In this document: in pieces, positions 36,401-45,108 of the stretch
Layout: every line of letters begins with the position of its first letter
Position numbering within the stretch: the stretch's first letter is position 1
Assembly: GCA_963744725.1 (NCBI GenBank)
Contig: CAVUUQ010000002.1
Span: 760,541 to 824,540, forward strand
Source: an uncultured Actinomycetes bacterium
GTDB lineage: Bacteria; Actinomycetota; Thermoleophilia; Solirubrobacterales; 70-9
Direction of reading: 5' to 3'
DNA: 64,000 nucleotides
The notes under the pieces: model-generated
Seen by the model: only the letters and a program-made list of their open reading frames with translations
Told to the model about the DNA's origin: nothing
Database searches by the model: none
Made by a program: the position numbers and the translations under genes

Positions 36401-37974
36401 AGCTCGGCGAAGCGGTCCGAGGGGTAGCGGCCGTCGAGCATGTCGAGCACGTTCTCGAGCTGCTCGCGGGAGAGGTCGTGGAAGGACTGGGTGGCCGTCA
36501 CCAGCCGCTCGACCTCGTCGACCTCCCACTCGTCGAGCGCCGCCATCGAGACCAGGTGCTGGGCGAGCACGTCGAGCGGGTTCTGCGGGATCGTCGTCTC
36601 CTCGATCTCCGCCTCGCGCATGCGGCGGGCGACGACCGCGCACTCGAGCAGGTCGCCGCGGTATTTGGGGAAGATCCGCCCTTTCGAGACTTCGCCCATG
36701 CGGTGGCCGGCGCGGCCGATCCGCTGCAGGCCGCGGGTCACCGACTTCGGCGACTCGACCTGGATGACGAGGTCGACGGCGCCCATGTCGATGCCGAGCT
36801 CGAGCGAGCTGGTGGCGACCAGGCAGGGGAGTTCGCCCGACTTCAGCAGCTCCTCGACCAGGGTCCGCTCCTCGTGGGCCAGCGAGCCGTGGTGGGCGCG
36901 GGCGATCTCGACGTAGGGCATCGCCTCGCCGGTGTCCTCGTGGCGCGGCGGGTCGTCGTGACCGCCGTGCTCGGTGGCTGGAAGCTCCTGCTCGCCTTCG
37001 CCGTTGGCGAGCTCGTTCATGCGCTTGGCGAGGCGCTCGGCGGCGCGGCGGTTGTTGACGAAGATGATCGTCGAGGTGTGTTCCTGGACGAGCTCGAGGA
37101 GCTTCGGGTAGATCGCGGGCCAGATCGAGCGGACGTGGGCGCTGGGCTCGATTTCGGTCGGCGGCGGGCCGTCCTCGCTCGGGTAGGCAGGCGCGCCCGG
37201 GTCGGACATGTCCTCGACCGGGACGACGATCTCGAGGTCGAGCTCCTTCTTCTGGCCGGCGTCGACGATCTCGCACTTCCGCTTCGGGCCGACCAGGAAC
37301 TTGGCGATCCGCTCGAGCGGGCGCTGGGTGGCCGAGAGGCCGATCCGCTGGATCCCAGAGTGGGCGTCGGCGGCGCCGGTCCCCTCCTCCGCTTCGGCGT
37401 GCCGGCGGACGTGGTCCTCGAGCCGCTCCAACGTCAGCGCCAGGTGAGATCCCCGCTTCGTTTGCGCCACCGCGTGGATCTCATCCACGATCACCGCCTC
37501 GACCCCGGTGAGGGTCTCGCGCACCTGCGAGGAGAGCATCAGGTAGAGCGACTCGGGGGTCGTGATCAGGATGTCGGGCGGGTCTTTGGCCATCTGCCGC
37601 CGTTCTTTCTGCGAGGTGTCGCCGGTCCGCAGGCCGACGGCGATCTCGGCGCCGATCCCGCGCAGCGGCGCCCGCAGGTTGCGCTCGATGTCGTAGGAGA
37701 GCGCTTTCAGCGGCGAGACGTAGACGAGCCGGACGCCGGTGCCGAGCTGCGGCTCACGGGAGAGCTTGTCGATTCCCCAGAGGAAGCTGGCGAGGGTCTT
37801 GCCGGAGCCGGTCGGGGCGCAGATCAACGCGTTGGCGCCGCCGGCGATCGCCGCCCAGCCGCCGACCTGGGCGGGGGTCGGCCCCTCGAAGGAGGCCTCG
37901 AACCAGCGCCGCACCGGCGCCGAGAACGGCGCCAGAGGGTCGGACTTCGGACTGCGTTTCGTCGCGGTGGTCAA
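33448..37974 (-). CDS. lhr: ATP-dependent helicase Lhr (large helicase-related protein)
   Basis: 1508 aa. Contains PTPAQVGGWAAIAGGANALICAPTGSGKTL, the DEIH box VDEIHAV, and HHGSLAHEER...TSSLELGID...QRIGRAGH, followed by the long Lhr-specific C-terminal extension. Confidence 0.95.
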   Translation of the reverse strand: MTTATKRSPKSDPLAPFSAPVRRWFEASFEGPTPAQVGGWAAIAGGANALICAPTGSGKTLASFLWGIDKLSREPQLGTGVRLVYVSPLKALSYDIERNLRAPLRGIGAEIAVGLRTGDTSQKERRQMAKDPPDILITTPESLYLMLSSQVRETLTGVEAVIVDEIHAVAQTKRGSHLALTLERLEDHVRRHAEAEEGTGAADAHSGIQRIGLSATQRPLERIAKFLVGPKRKCEIVDAGQKKELDLEIVVPVEDMSDPGAPAYPSEDGPPPTEIEPSAHVRSIWPAIYPKLLELVQEHTSTIIFVNNRRAAERLAKRMNELANGEGEQELPATEHGGHDDPPRHEDTGEAMPYVEIARAHHGSLAHEERTLVEELLKSGELPCLVATSSLELGIDMGAVDLVIQVESPKSVTRGLQRIGRAGHRMGEVSKGRIFPKYRGDLLECAVVARRMREAEIEETTIPQNPLDVLAQHLVSMAALDEWEVDEVERLVTATQSFHDLSREQLENVLDMLDGRYPSDRFAELRPRIVWDRTQGTIHGRKGARQLVVTNAGTIPDRGLYGVHLPDGRRVGELDEEMVYEARPGQTFLLGSSSWRIEEITRDRVIVTPAPGAPGAVPFWRGDGIGRPAELGRAIGEFSREAVSMEPEQLAREYDLDPRAANNLVSYLREQQQATRVVPSDESIVVERFRDEIGDWRLCILSPFGGRVHSAWGLALAAKIRAEYDLEADAIWSDDGIVIHLPDADEAPAADMVLIEPDEIEDLIVSELSGSALFGARFRENASRSLLIPRAYPGKRTPLWQQRLKSQSLLEVARDFPRFPVILETFRECLQDVLDLPSLRDLLSKLHARQISLVEVETPTASPFASSLLFDYVATYMYEGDTPNAERRAAALALDRDLLRELLGQEELRELIDPEALEEVEAQLQHRTEAGRAGDRDALQQVLRNLGDLTAAECEERVAEGYSAKSMLEKLVAERRVARVRIAGEERYIAAEDAGLYRDALGVPEPPGLPETFLEEHPDAMRALVRRYARTHGPFPTHQLTARYGVDPAPGLRELEAEGAMVRGELLPGGSEREWCDADVLRRVRRASLARLRKEVEAADRSELARFLPSWQNVDAFRPAGAGLDRLREALVPLQGVALTPKVWEADVLPRRLGTYSQGWLDELCTSGELVWIGAGALGRNDGRVALYFREDVRLAGPPPANAKLESPGGEVHEAIRERLAAGPSFWLDLLADLPYPNEELHNALWDLAWTGEVTNDAFAPLRAPRLRAVPPSERPGRRFARRRSTTGAAVQGRWSLTAPLFANAPGPGARLRAQAELMLERYGIVTRETVLAEGVPGGFSTLYAELGNLELLGTARRGYFVEGLGGAQFALPGAVERLRSLPEADRSYTVLAATDPANPYGASLPWPKLEGGRKPGRTPGAHLLLRDGEPEVFVERGGRGILRLIRMEGDELERAMQALADAVSAGHLPKLAIEKLDGEAVIGSGHEQALIGAGFSRGPRKLTASAR

Positions 37975-38044
37975 CCCACCGATCTTACGCAGACGCCCCC
38001 GTCGGCCCGCACGCAGCTGACGGGGGCTGCCGGCAACTGCCCCG

Positions 38045-39190
38045 CTAGGGGGTGCCGCCGGCGAACTTCACGTATTCGTTCCAGGACGGCTTCGGTTTGA
38101 AGCCTTCGCCGAACAGGCCGGTGCCGTTACAGAAGTTGCAGGCGCCGGTCTGGTCGTCGACCGAGAACCAGTAGACCCGCTTCAGCCGCCACTGCGCCGC
38201 TTTCGCGACCAGCAGGTGGAAGGCGCCGCGCAGCTGCGTGACCTGCCCCTGCACGCCCTTGGCGAAGATGTTTTCCAGCGGGTTCGCCGGCGGCGGCTGC
38301 GAGCTCCAGCCGAGCTCGGTGATCCAGAGGCCCTTGGCGGTGTCTTTGTTTTCCGCCAGGACGCCGCGGAATTCTTCGATCTCCGGCGTCAGTTCGCGGT
38401 AGTTGCCGGTGTACGGGTGGAGCGCGACGCCGGTGAACTTGGTCTTGATGCCGGGCGTCAGTTCGTACATCTTCGCCAGGAACCTGGACGCGTAGGGGCT
38501 CGGGGCGCCTTTCGCTTTGCCGCCCTTGGGCCGGGCGAACATGCCGCCGAGAATGATCTGGGCGCTCGGGTCGACGCTGCGGGCGGCGGCGAAGGAGATC
38601 TTCACCAGCTGCCCGTATTCGGCCGGGTTCGGGTGGGCGATGAAGTACTTGAAGTTCTCCTCGTTCCAGATCTGCCAGGCGCGGATCGGCCGTTTCGGGA
38701 CGGTCGGGTTTTCGGCCCAGAAGGTGCCGGTCGGGCCGTAGCGCTGGACCGCGGCTTTGACGAAGTTCGACCAGGCGGTCGCCGCGATGCCGGTGACCGG
38801 CAGCCGCGTCGGCGCCTTGACCGCGCCGCCGGTGCCCTGCACCGACGCCTGCGGCACCGCCCAGCGCGGCGCGTTCATCAGGAACGGCAGCACGTCGAGG
38901 CCGGCGCCCGCGGTGCGTTTCACGTAGGCGTCGAATTCAGACCAGTTGAAGGCGCCACCGCGAGTCGGCTGGACCGCGGACCAATCGACCGGGGTGCGGA
39001 CGGTTTCGACGCCGCCCCGCTTCAGCCGCGCCCACTGTTCTTCGCTGGGGACCGCCTGCGGGACGACGCCCCAGAAGTTGGCGGGCAGCGCCTGGGCGGC
39101 GGAGGCGAAGGCCAGCAGCGCGAATGCGACCGTCGTCAGTGCGAGCGCGAGCGCGCGCGACTTCCTCATTTGCTTCCTCGCTTTCGACAT
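38045..39190 (-). CDS. Secreted clan GH-A (TIM-barrel) glycoside hydrolase
   Basis: 381 aa. Signal ALALALTTVAFALLAFASAAQA. AWQIWNEENF gives the acid/base NE context and LWITELGWSS the nucleophile E. The exact GH family was not determined. Confidence 0.65.
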   Translation of the reverse strand: MSKARKQMRKSRALALALTTVAFALLAFASAAQALPANFWGVVPQAVPSEEQWARLKRGGVETVRTPVDWSAVQPTRGGAFNWSEFDAYVKRTAGAGLDVLPFLMNAPRWAVPQASVQGTGGAVKAPTRLPVTGIAATAWSNFVKAAVQRYGPTGTFWAENPTVPKRPIRAWQIWNEENFKYFIAHPNPAEYGQLVKISFAAARSVDPSAQIILGGMFARPKGGKAKGAPSPYASRFLAKMYELTPGIKTKFTGVALHPYTGNYRELTPEIEEFRGVLAENKDTAKGLWITELGWSSQPPPANPLENIFAKGVQGQVTQLRGAFHLLVAKAAQWRLKRVYWFSVDDQTGACNFCNGTGLFGEGFKPKPSWNEYVKFAGGTP

Positions 39191-39195
39191 CGGGG

Positions 39196-39798
39196 TCAGC
39201 TCGCCTTGGGCGAGACCTGGGAACCGCCGCTGCCGTCCTGACGGCGCTGACGGTAGATCACGGCGCCGATCGAGATCGCCGCCAGGACGACCACGATGAT
39301 GATGATCAGGAGCAGCGCGGAGGAACCGCCGCCGCCGCTGGTCTTGTGGCTCGCCTGTTCTCCGCTGGAGTTGGAGGAGGAGGCGACCGCATGCCCCTGG
39401 CCGACCGAGCCGGCTGCGGGACTCTTCGAGCCGCCAGCTTCATTACCCTGGCCGGAGTTGCCGCCGGTACCGCCGTTGCCGCCGGTATTCCCTCCAGCCG
39501 CGGCGCCCTGTTCATGCTTTTCGCTTTCGGAAGATTCATCTTCAGTCGGTTCGCCGTTGGTGCCGGTCGTTCCGGAACTTTCCGCCTGGGCTTCGTTTCC
39601 ACCTTCGCGATGCTGCTTCTTGTGCTTCTTCGCGGTGGTTTCGTTACCGACGGTGGGGACTTCGGTTTCGTAGATGGCTCCGGCCGATTCCGCCTGGGCG
39701 GCGATCGGGAAGACCACTGATGCCAGAGCAAGCAGCGCTAGCAGAGGCAAGAAGGCGACTCGGGCCGAGCTACGGCGCGGGTGGCGGGGGCGACGCAT
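39196..39798 (-). CDS. Secreted low-complexity (Gly/Ser/Asn/Glu-rich) protein with C-terminal transmembrane anchor
   Basis: 200 aa from the internal ATG at 39798 (MRRPRHPRRSSARVAFLPLLALLALASVVFPIAAQA). C-terminal segment ALLLIIIIVVVLAAISIGAVIY, followed by a basic tail. Confidence 0.55.
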   Translation of the reverse strand: MRRPRHPRRSSARVAFLPLLALLALASVVFPIAAQAESAGAIYETEVPTVGNETTAKKHKKQHREGGNEAQAESSGTTGTNGEPTEDESSESEKHEQGAAAGGNTGGNGGTGGNSGQGNEAGGSKSPAAGSVGQGHAVASSSNSSGEQASHKTSGGGGSSALLLIIIIVVVLAAISIGAVIYRQRRQDGSGGSQVSPKAS

Positions 39799-41732
39799 TC
39801 CGCGAGAGATTAGAGGAATGGTCGGCGTTTGCGGCGCCCGCCGTCCTGGTGATCGCCCTATCCCTGGCCGAAGGCGGATTTGGGGTGACCGCTCGGCACA
39901 TCGCCGGGCTGGCGATCTGGTTGGTGATCGTTGGCCTCCTGGCGATGGGCGCTGCGTCGCGCTCCGCGATCGCGAAGCCCTTCTATTGGGCAGGGGGATT
40001 ACTTCTTGCATTCGCGCTCTTCTCCGCTCTGTCGTCGCTTTGGTCCGGCTCGGCTGAGCTCAGCGTGGTGGAGGCAGACCGGGTTCTCGTCTACCTCGGG
40101 GTCTTCGTTGCCGCATTCCTAATCGCGCAAACCGACCAGAGGCGGCAACGTTTCGGTGAAGGCATCGCGGTCGCGATCGCGGTGATCGCGGTAATTGCGC
40201 TCGCCAGCCGCCTCCTCCCTCATGCGATCAGCGTCGGACCGCCGCTCGGGAGCGGCCCGAGGCTGCGCTATCCGCTCGGTTACTGGAATGCCGACGGCTC
40301 GCTGTTCGCGCTCGGCTCGATCCTGCTCGTCTGGGTCAGCCGCTACTCGCTGAACGCGATCTTGCGCTGGCTGGCGGTGGCGCTGCTGCCGATCGTCCTC
40401 GTCGCCCTCTACTTCACCTACTCGCGCGGCGGCTTGCTGGCGCTCGCCGTCGGCTTGCTGGCGATGCTGGTGCTCTCCCATGACCGCCTCTGGCTGCTGG
40501 CGACGGTCGCGGTCGGCGGCCTGGCGGCGCTGCCGGCGCTGCTCGCGGTGCAGGCCCGGTCCGGGATCGCCAACAACGTCGTCGAACCGGGGGCGATCGA
40601 CCAGGGGGTGACGGTCGCGCTGTTCGTCGTGCTCGGGGTCGCGATCGCGCTGGCCCTGTTCGCCGGCCTGCGCCAGCTGGAGCAGCGCGGCGGCGTCTTC
40701 ACCGGCCGGGCGGTGGCGATCTCCCGCGATCGCCGGGTGCTGCGCGGAATCGCCCTGGTCGCGGCGCTGATCGGGATCGGCGCCGCGATCGCCGTCGGCG
40801 GCCGCGCCTGGGACCAGTTCTCGAGCAATGACCTGCAGCTGGCCCAGCCGCAGCAGCGGTTCGAAACGCTCTCGGGTGCCGGCCGCCACGATTTCTATCG
40901 GGTCGCGATCGATGCCTTCGAAGAAGAGCCGATCATCGGCCACGGCGCCGGCACCTACCAGTTCTCCTGGAACCAGCTGCGCCACCAACCGATCACCAAC
41001 AAACTCGCCCACTCGCTCTACCTGCAGGCCTTCGCCGAGCTCGGCCTGATCGGCGGGCTGATCATCCTGGCGCTGGTCCTGCTCCTGCTCTGGACCGCCT
41101 TCGCCGCCTGGCGCGCTGCCAGCGGCCGCCAGCGCGAAGCGCTCGGGGCGCTGTTCGCCGTCGCCCTCGCCTTCGCGGTCGGGGCGGCGATCGACTGGCT
41201 CTGGGAGGTGGCGGTGGTCGGCGCCATCTTCTTCCTCGCGACCGGTGCGGCGGTCGCGGCTCGCTGCCGCCAGCTCGTCGATGCCCGCACGGCCGCCAAC
41301 GGCAGCGGCCGGCAGCAGCGCCGCTACGGCCTGGCGATCGCGGGCCTGGCGATCGCCTGGCTGACCGCGCTGGCGCTGATCGGCCCGCTGCTCGTCGACC
41401 GCGAGATCGACGCCAGCAAAGCGGCAGCGACGAACGGCGACCTCGTGGGCGCCGAAAACCACGCGAAGACCGCGCGGACGATCGAGCCCTGGGCGGCGAG
41501 CCCCTACGTGCAGCTGGGGCTGGTGGCGCAGGCGCAGGAAAACCTGCCATTGGCGGCCGAACGCCTGCAGGACGCGATCGACCGCGAGGATCACAACTGG
41601 GTCCTCTACTACCTGCTGGCCAGGGTCCAGCACGAAGCCGGCGAAGAAAGCGCCGCCCAGGCCAGTTTGGCGAAGGCGAAGGAGCTAAACCCGCTTGAAG
41701 CGTGTTTGAGTGAAGGATGGGAAGGCTGCTGA
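39720..41732 (+). CDS. O-antigen ligase / Wzy_C-family polytopic membrane protein with C-terminal TPR-like domain (start uncertain, probably 39800-39850)
   Basis: Contains YFTYSRGGLLALAVGLL and IGHGAGTYQF...KLAHSLYLQAFAELGLIGGL, hallmarks of the WaaL/O-antigen-polymerase family. About 12 TM segments. The soluble tail has TPR-like helices. The only ATG (39720) would overlap the divergent gene 39196-39798. Confidence 0.75.
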   Translation: MPEQAALAEARRRLGPSYGAGGGGDAFRERLEEWSAFAAPAVLVIALSLAEGGFGVTARHIAGLAIWLVIVGLLAMGAASRSAIAKPFYWAGGLLLAFALFSALSSLWSGSAELSVVEADRVLVYLGVFVAAFLIAQTDQRRQRFGEGIAVAIAVIAVIALASRLLPHAISVGPPLGSGPRLRYPLGYWNADGSLFALGSILLVWVSRYSLNAILRWLAVALLPIVLVALYFTYSRGGLLALAVGLLAMLVLSHDRLWLLATVAVGGLAALPALLAVQARSGIANNVVEPGAIDQGVTVALFVVLGVAIALALFAGLRQLEQRGGVFTGRAVAISRDRRVLRGIALVAALIGIGAAIAVGGRAWDQFSSNDLQLAQPQQRFETLSGAGRHDFYRVAIDAFEEEPIIGHGAGTYQFSWNQLRHQPITNKLAHSLYLQAFAELGLIGGLIILALVLLLLWTAFAAWRAASGRQREALGALFAVALAFAVGAAIDWLWEVAVVGAIFFLATGAAVAARCRQLVDARTAANGSGRQQRRYGLAIAGLAIAWLTALALIGPLLVDREIDASKAAATNGDLVGAENHAKTARTIEPWAASPYVQLGLVAQAQENLPLAAERLQDAIDREDHNWVLYYLLARVQHEAGEESAAQASLAKAKELNPLEACLSEGWEGC

Positions 41733-43222
41733 TGAGCACCCCCGACGTCGAGCGCAAGCGGTCGATCCGCATCCGTCGCGGCGCCAACGCCGAGCCGCCG
41801 GCGGAGCCGGGCTCGATCGAGCACCTGGTCGGCGCCGGCGCCGAGGCCCTGCGGCGGCGCGGGGCGCTGCTGCGACGGCTGCTCGCCTGCGGCGACTGGA
41901 TCGCGCTGGCGACCACGCTCGTCGTCGTCACCGCGGTCAGCAGCGGGACCGACGTCGGCACCCTGTTCTGGGCGATCCTCTTCAGCCCGGCCTGGATCGT
42001 CGTCGTCAAGCTGCAGGGCCTCTACGACAACGACCACCGCCGGATCCGACACAGCACCTTCGACGAGGTGCCCTCGCTGGTCTCGGCGACGGTGCTGGGG
42101 GCTCTGGTCCTCGACGGGTTGCTGGCGCTGAGCCCGGTCGGCCCGCTCAGCTCGACCAGCGCGATCGCGGTCGGGGTCGGCACCCTGGTCGGCTCATTCT
42201 GTTTGCGGGCGACGATCCGCTTCTTCTGGCACCACCTGACGGGGCTCGCTCCGGGGCTGGCGATCGGCCCGGGCGCCGCGGTCGACACCGTCGCCCGCCG
42301 CGTCTCCACCCATCCCGAGACGCGGCTGGTGCTGGTCGGCTACCTCTCCGAGGAGGGCTCCTCGAAATCGGCCGAGCTGCCGCGCCTGGGGACGATCGCC
42401 GACATCGCCCAGGTCGCCGCCGAGCTGGCGGTCGAGCGCGTCGTCGTCACCGAACAGGAGATGAGCGAGCCGGCCGCCGAGCACCTGATCGAGCAGTGCA
42501 AGGCGGCCGGCCTGGCGCTCACCTTCCTGCCCCAGCACTACGGCCTGCTAGGCCCGGGAATCGAGCTCAACCGCCTCGCCGAGCTGCCGGTCCTCGACTT
42601 CCGCTTCAGCGACCCGCCGCGCTCGACCCAGGCGATGAAGCGGGCGATGGACATCGGCGTCTCCGCCGTCGCCCTGCTGCTGCTCTCGCCGCTGCTGCTG
42701 GTGATCGCGCTCTGGATCCTGCTCGACACCGGCCGCCCGATCCTCTTCCGCCAGCGCCGCGCCGGCAAGGACGGGGTGCCGTTCACGATGGTCAAGTTCC
42801 GGACGATGGTCGCCGACGCGGAAGCGCGGTTGCCGGAGCTGATCGACCTGGAGACGCTCGAGGAGCCGGCCTTCAAGATCCGCAACGACCCGCGGGTGAC
42901 GCGCTCCGGCCGCTTCCTGCGCCGCACCAGCCTCGACGAGCTGCCGCAGCTCTTCAACGTGCTGTTCGGCAGGATGTCGCTGGTCGGGCCGCGGCCGGAG
43001 GAGGAGAGCGTCGTCGCCCTCTACGACGAGCGGCAGCGGCGGCGGCTGGCGATCAAGCCGGGGATGACCGGGCCGATGCAGGTCTACGGCCGCAGCGACC
43101 TGACCTTCGAGGAGCGGCTGGCGATGGAGCGCGACTACCTCGACAACCTCTCGATCTTCACCGACCTGGCGATCCTGATGCGGACGCCGCGGGCGATGGT
43201 CCACGGCGAAGGCGCCTACTAG
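41717..43222 (+). CDS. Polyprenyl-phosphate hexose-1-phosphate transferase (WbaP/WcaJ-type initiating sugar transferase)
   Basis: 501 aa (alternative ATG at 41732 overlaps the upstream stop as TGATG). The C-terminal catalytic domain reads KRAMDIGVSAVALLLLSPLLLVIALWILLDTGRPILFRQRRAGKDGVPFTMVKFRTM...DPRVTRSGRFLRRTSLDELPQLFNVLFGRMSLVGPRP. Confidence 0.92.
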   Translation: MGRLLMSTPDVERKRSIRIRRGANAEPPAEPGSIEHLVGAGAEALRRRGALLRRLLACGDWIALATTLVVVTAVSSGTDVGTLFWAILFSPAWIVVVKLQGLYDNDHRRIRHSTFDEVPSLVSATVLGALVLDGLLALSPVGPLSSTSAIAVGVGTLVGSFCLRATIRFFWHHLTGLAPGLAIGPGAAVDTVARRVSTHPETRLVLVGYLSEEGSSKSAELPRLGTIADIAQVAAELAVERVVVTEQEMSEPAAEHLIEQCKAAGLALTFLPQHYGLLGPGIELNRLAELPVLDFRFSDPPRSTQAMKRAMDIGVSAVALLLLSPLLLVIALWILLDTGRPILFRQRRAGKDGVPFTMVKFRTMVADAEARLPELIDLETLEEPAFKIRNDPRVTRSGRFLRRTSLDELPQLFNVLFGRMSLVGPRPEEESVVALYDERQRRRLAIKPGMTGPMQVYGRSDLTFEERLAMERDYLDNLSIFTDLAILMRTPRAMVHGEGAY

Positions 43223-43238
43223 CGCTGGCGAGCGCGGT

Positions 43239-43746
43239 TCACTGCTCAGCGAAGAGCTCCTCCACGAAGAACCGCGCGGCCGGGTCGAGGCGATCGCCGA
43301 AGGTCCGCTCCGCCACCGCCAGCACCTCTGCCGCACTCCGCAGCCCCAGCTCGCCGGCCAGTAAGCGCACGTCCTCCTCGTCCTCACCGACCCGGTGCGC
43401 CAGCACCTTGAGGGCGAGGAGAATCTCGGGCGAGGCGGCAAGACAGCGCAGTCCCGGCAGGTCCAATACCGGTGCGGCGGCCGGGTCATCACCGGCGAGG
43501 AACCCCTTGACCGCGTCGTTGAGCCAGCCCGGCGGCAGATCCATCTCGCGAGCGACGGAGGCAGCGCACTCGTAGACGACCGCCTTCGGCTCGAAGACGG
43601 CGTCGATGTCGCGGGTCGCGCGCCGCTCGTCGAAGGCGAGGGCGATCGCGGCGCCGCCGACCACGTACATCTCGCCGCTGACGCCGCGCCGGTCGAGCTC
43701 CGCGGCAAGCGCCGTGAACGCGCGCGATGATCTCGACCCGATCCAT
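43239..43746 (-). pseudogene. Minimal nucleotidyltransferase-fold protein (Pol-beta superfamily), probably frameshifted near its 5' end
   Basis: The ORF from M at 43670 reads MYVVGGAAIALAFDERRATRDIDAVF (NTase motif GG...DID). An ATG at 43746 sits 1 nt after the upstream gene's stop and reads MDRVEIIAR. In-frame sequence upstream of 43670 reads RAFTALAAELDRRGVSGE. The two are joined only by a 1-nt shift in the GCGCGCG run near 43725-43731. Confidence 0.5.
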
Positions 43747-43747
43747 C

Positions 43748-44182
43748 TCAGACCCGGTGCAGGGAGCGCTCGGGAAGGAAGACGCCGCGCCGGCGAAAGG
43801 CGGCCGGGGCCTGGGCGATCGCGATGGCTCGGAAGCCTCGGGTCTCGCTGACGAACCAGAAGTGATCGAGGAAGCGGTCCGACTCGACGGACCAGGCCGG
43901 TCGGATCAGTCCGTGGACGGTTGCGAGGTGCTCCGCGAGTGCACCGAGGTAGGCGTCCTGCCGAGGGTCGCCGGTCGACTCGGGGCGCTCAGCGATGGCG
44001 CTCGTACGCCATCGCTCGTCCCCCGCAAGCGCGAACTCGTCGAGGAACTCGCGCACCGCGTGGTGAAAGTCCTCGCCGTCGATGGCGCGCCTCGCCACTC
44101 CGACCAAGGTCTGGGTCAGTCGCTCCAGCGGGACAGGATGGGTGGAAAGCCACTCAGATCGGGTGTCGAGCCGGGTCGCCAT
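43748..44182 (-). CDS. Hypothetical protein, partner of the downstream nucleotidyltransferase (possible antitoxin-like remnant)
   Basis: 144 aa with no recognisable HTH. The gene ends 1 nt before the ATG of the NTase gene, which indicates operon coupling. Confidence 0.45.
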   Translation of the reverse strand: MATRLDTRSEWLSTHPVPLERLTQTLVGVARRAIDGEDFHHAVREFLDEFALAGDERWRTSAIAERPESTGDPRQDAYLGALAEHLATVHGLIRPAWSVESDRFLDHFWFVSETRGFRAIAIAQAPAAFRRRGVFLPERSLHRV

Positions 44183-44238
44183 CTTGCCGATGGTAGGGCG
44201 CGGGGCTGAGGGACCACCTCCCGAATTACGCTGAATCG

Positions 44239-45108
44239 ATGAACCTCGAGGTCGTGATCGTCAGCCACGGCGCCGAAGCGCTGCTGCGGCGCTGCTTGCA
44301 GTCGCTGCGCGAGCACCCGCCGGGCGGGGCGGCGATGAGCGTCACCGTCGTCGACAGCGGCAGCCCCGACCGGACGCCGGAGATGGTCGCCGGCGAGTTC
44401 CCGGAGGTGAAGCTGGAGCGGCGCGGCAACGTCGGCTTCTCGGCGGCCAACAACGTGGCGCTGCGCGAGAGCACGGCCGACGCCGTCCTCCTGCTCAACC
44501 CCGACACCGAGGTCTACGCCGGCACCCTCGACGCCGGCCTCGCCCGCCTCGACGCCGACCCGGAGGTGGGAATGGTCGGGGTGAAGCTGGTGCTCGAGTC
44601 GGGCCAGCTCGACCACGCCTGCAAGCGCTCCTTCCCGACCCCGCTGGCGGCGCTCGCCCACTTCACCGGGATCGGCCGCGGCGCGGGCGCCGGCGAGCGG
44701 CTCGGCCAGTACCGGGCCACCCACCTCGGCGACGAGGAGCCGGGCGAGGTCGACGCGGTGAACGGCGCCTTCATGCTCTGCCGGGCCGCGGCGATCGCCG
44801 AGGTCGGCCTGCTCGACGAGGGCTACTGGCTCTACATGGAGGACCTCGACTGGTGCCACCGCTTCTGGGACGCCGGCTGGAAGGTCTTCTACGAGCCGGC
44901 GGGGACCGCGCTGCACGTCAAGGGCGCCTCCAGCGGCGGCCGGCGGCGGCCGAAGCAGGAGATCGCCTTCCACCGCGGCATGGGCCGCTTCTATCGGCGC
45001 TTCGACGCGCCCGTCGAGAGCCCGCTGCTGAACCTCGCCGTCTACCTCGGGATCGGCGCCAAACTGGCGCTGGCGCTGGTGATCGGCGCCTACCGGCGGG
45101 CGACGTAG
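44239..45108 (+). CDS. Family 2 glycosyltransferase
   Basis: 289 aa. Contains VVIVSHGAEALLRRCLQSL...VVDSGSPDRT...NVGFSAANNVA...LLNPDTEV...EDLDWCHR, the typical GT2 (rhamnosyltransferase-like) layout. Confidence 0.88.
   Translation: MNLEVVIVSHGAEALLRRCLQSLREHPPGGAAMSVTVVDSGSPDRTPEMVAGEFPEVKLERRGNVGFSAANNVALRESTADAVLLLNPDTEVYAGTLDAGLARLDADPEVGMVGVKLVLESGQLDHACKRSFPTPLAALAHFTGIGRGAGAGERLGQYRATHLGDEEPGEVDAVNGAFMLCRAAAIAEVGLLDEGYWLYMEDLDWCHRFWDAGWKVFYEPAGTALHVKGASSGGRRRPKQEIAFHRGMGRFYRRFDAPVESPLLNLAVYLGIGAKLALALVIGAYRRAT

Noticed and set aside
34249-38100. 1283-aa ORF on the plus strand
   Set aside because: It is entirely antisense to the well-supported Lhr helicase gene. The composition is Arg/Ala/Gly/Pro/Leu-dominated with no motifs. 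It is the usual stop-codon-poor shadow ORF of a high-GC genome.
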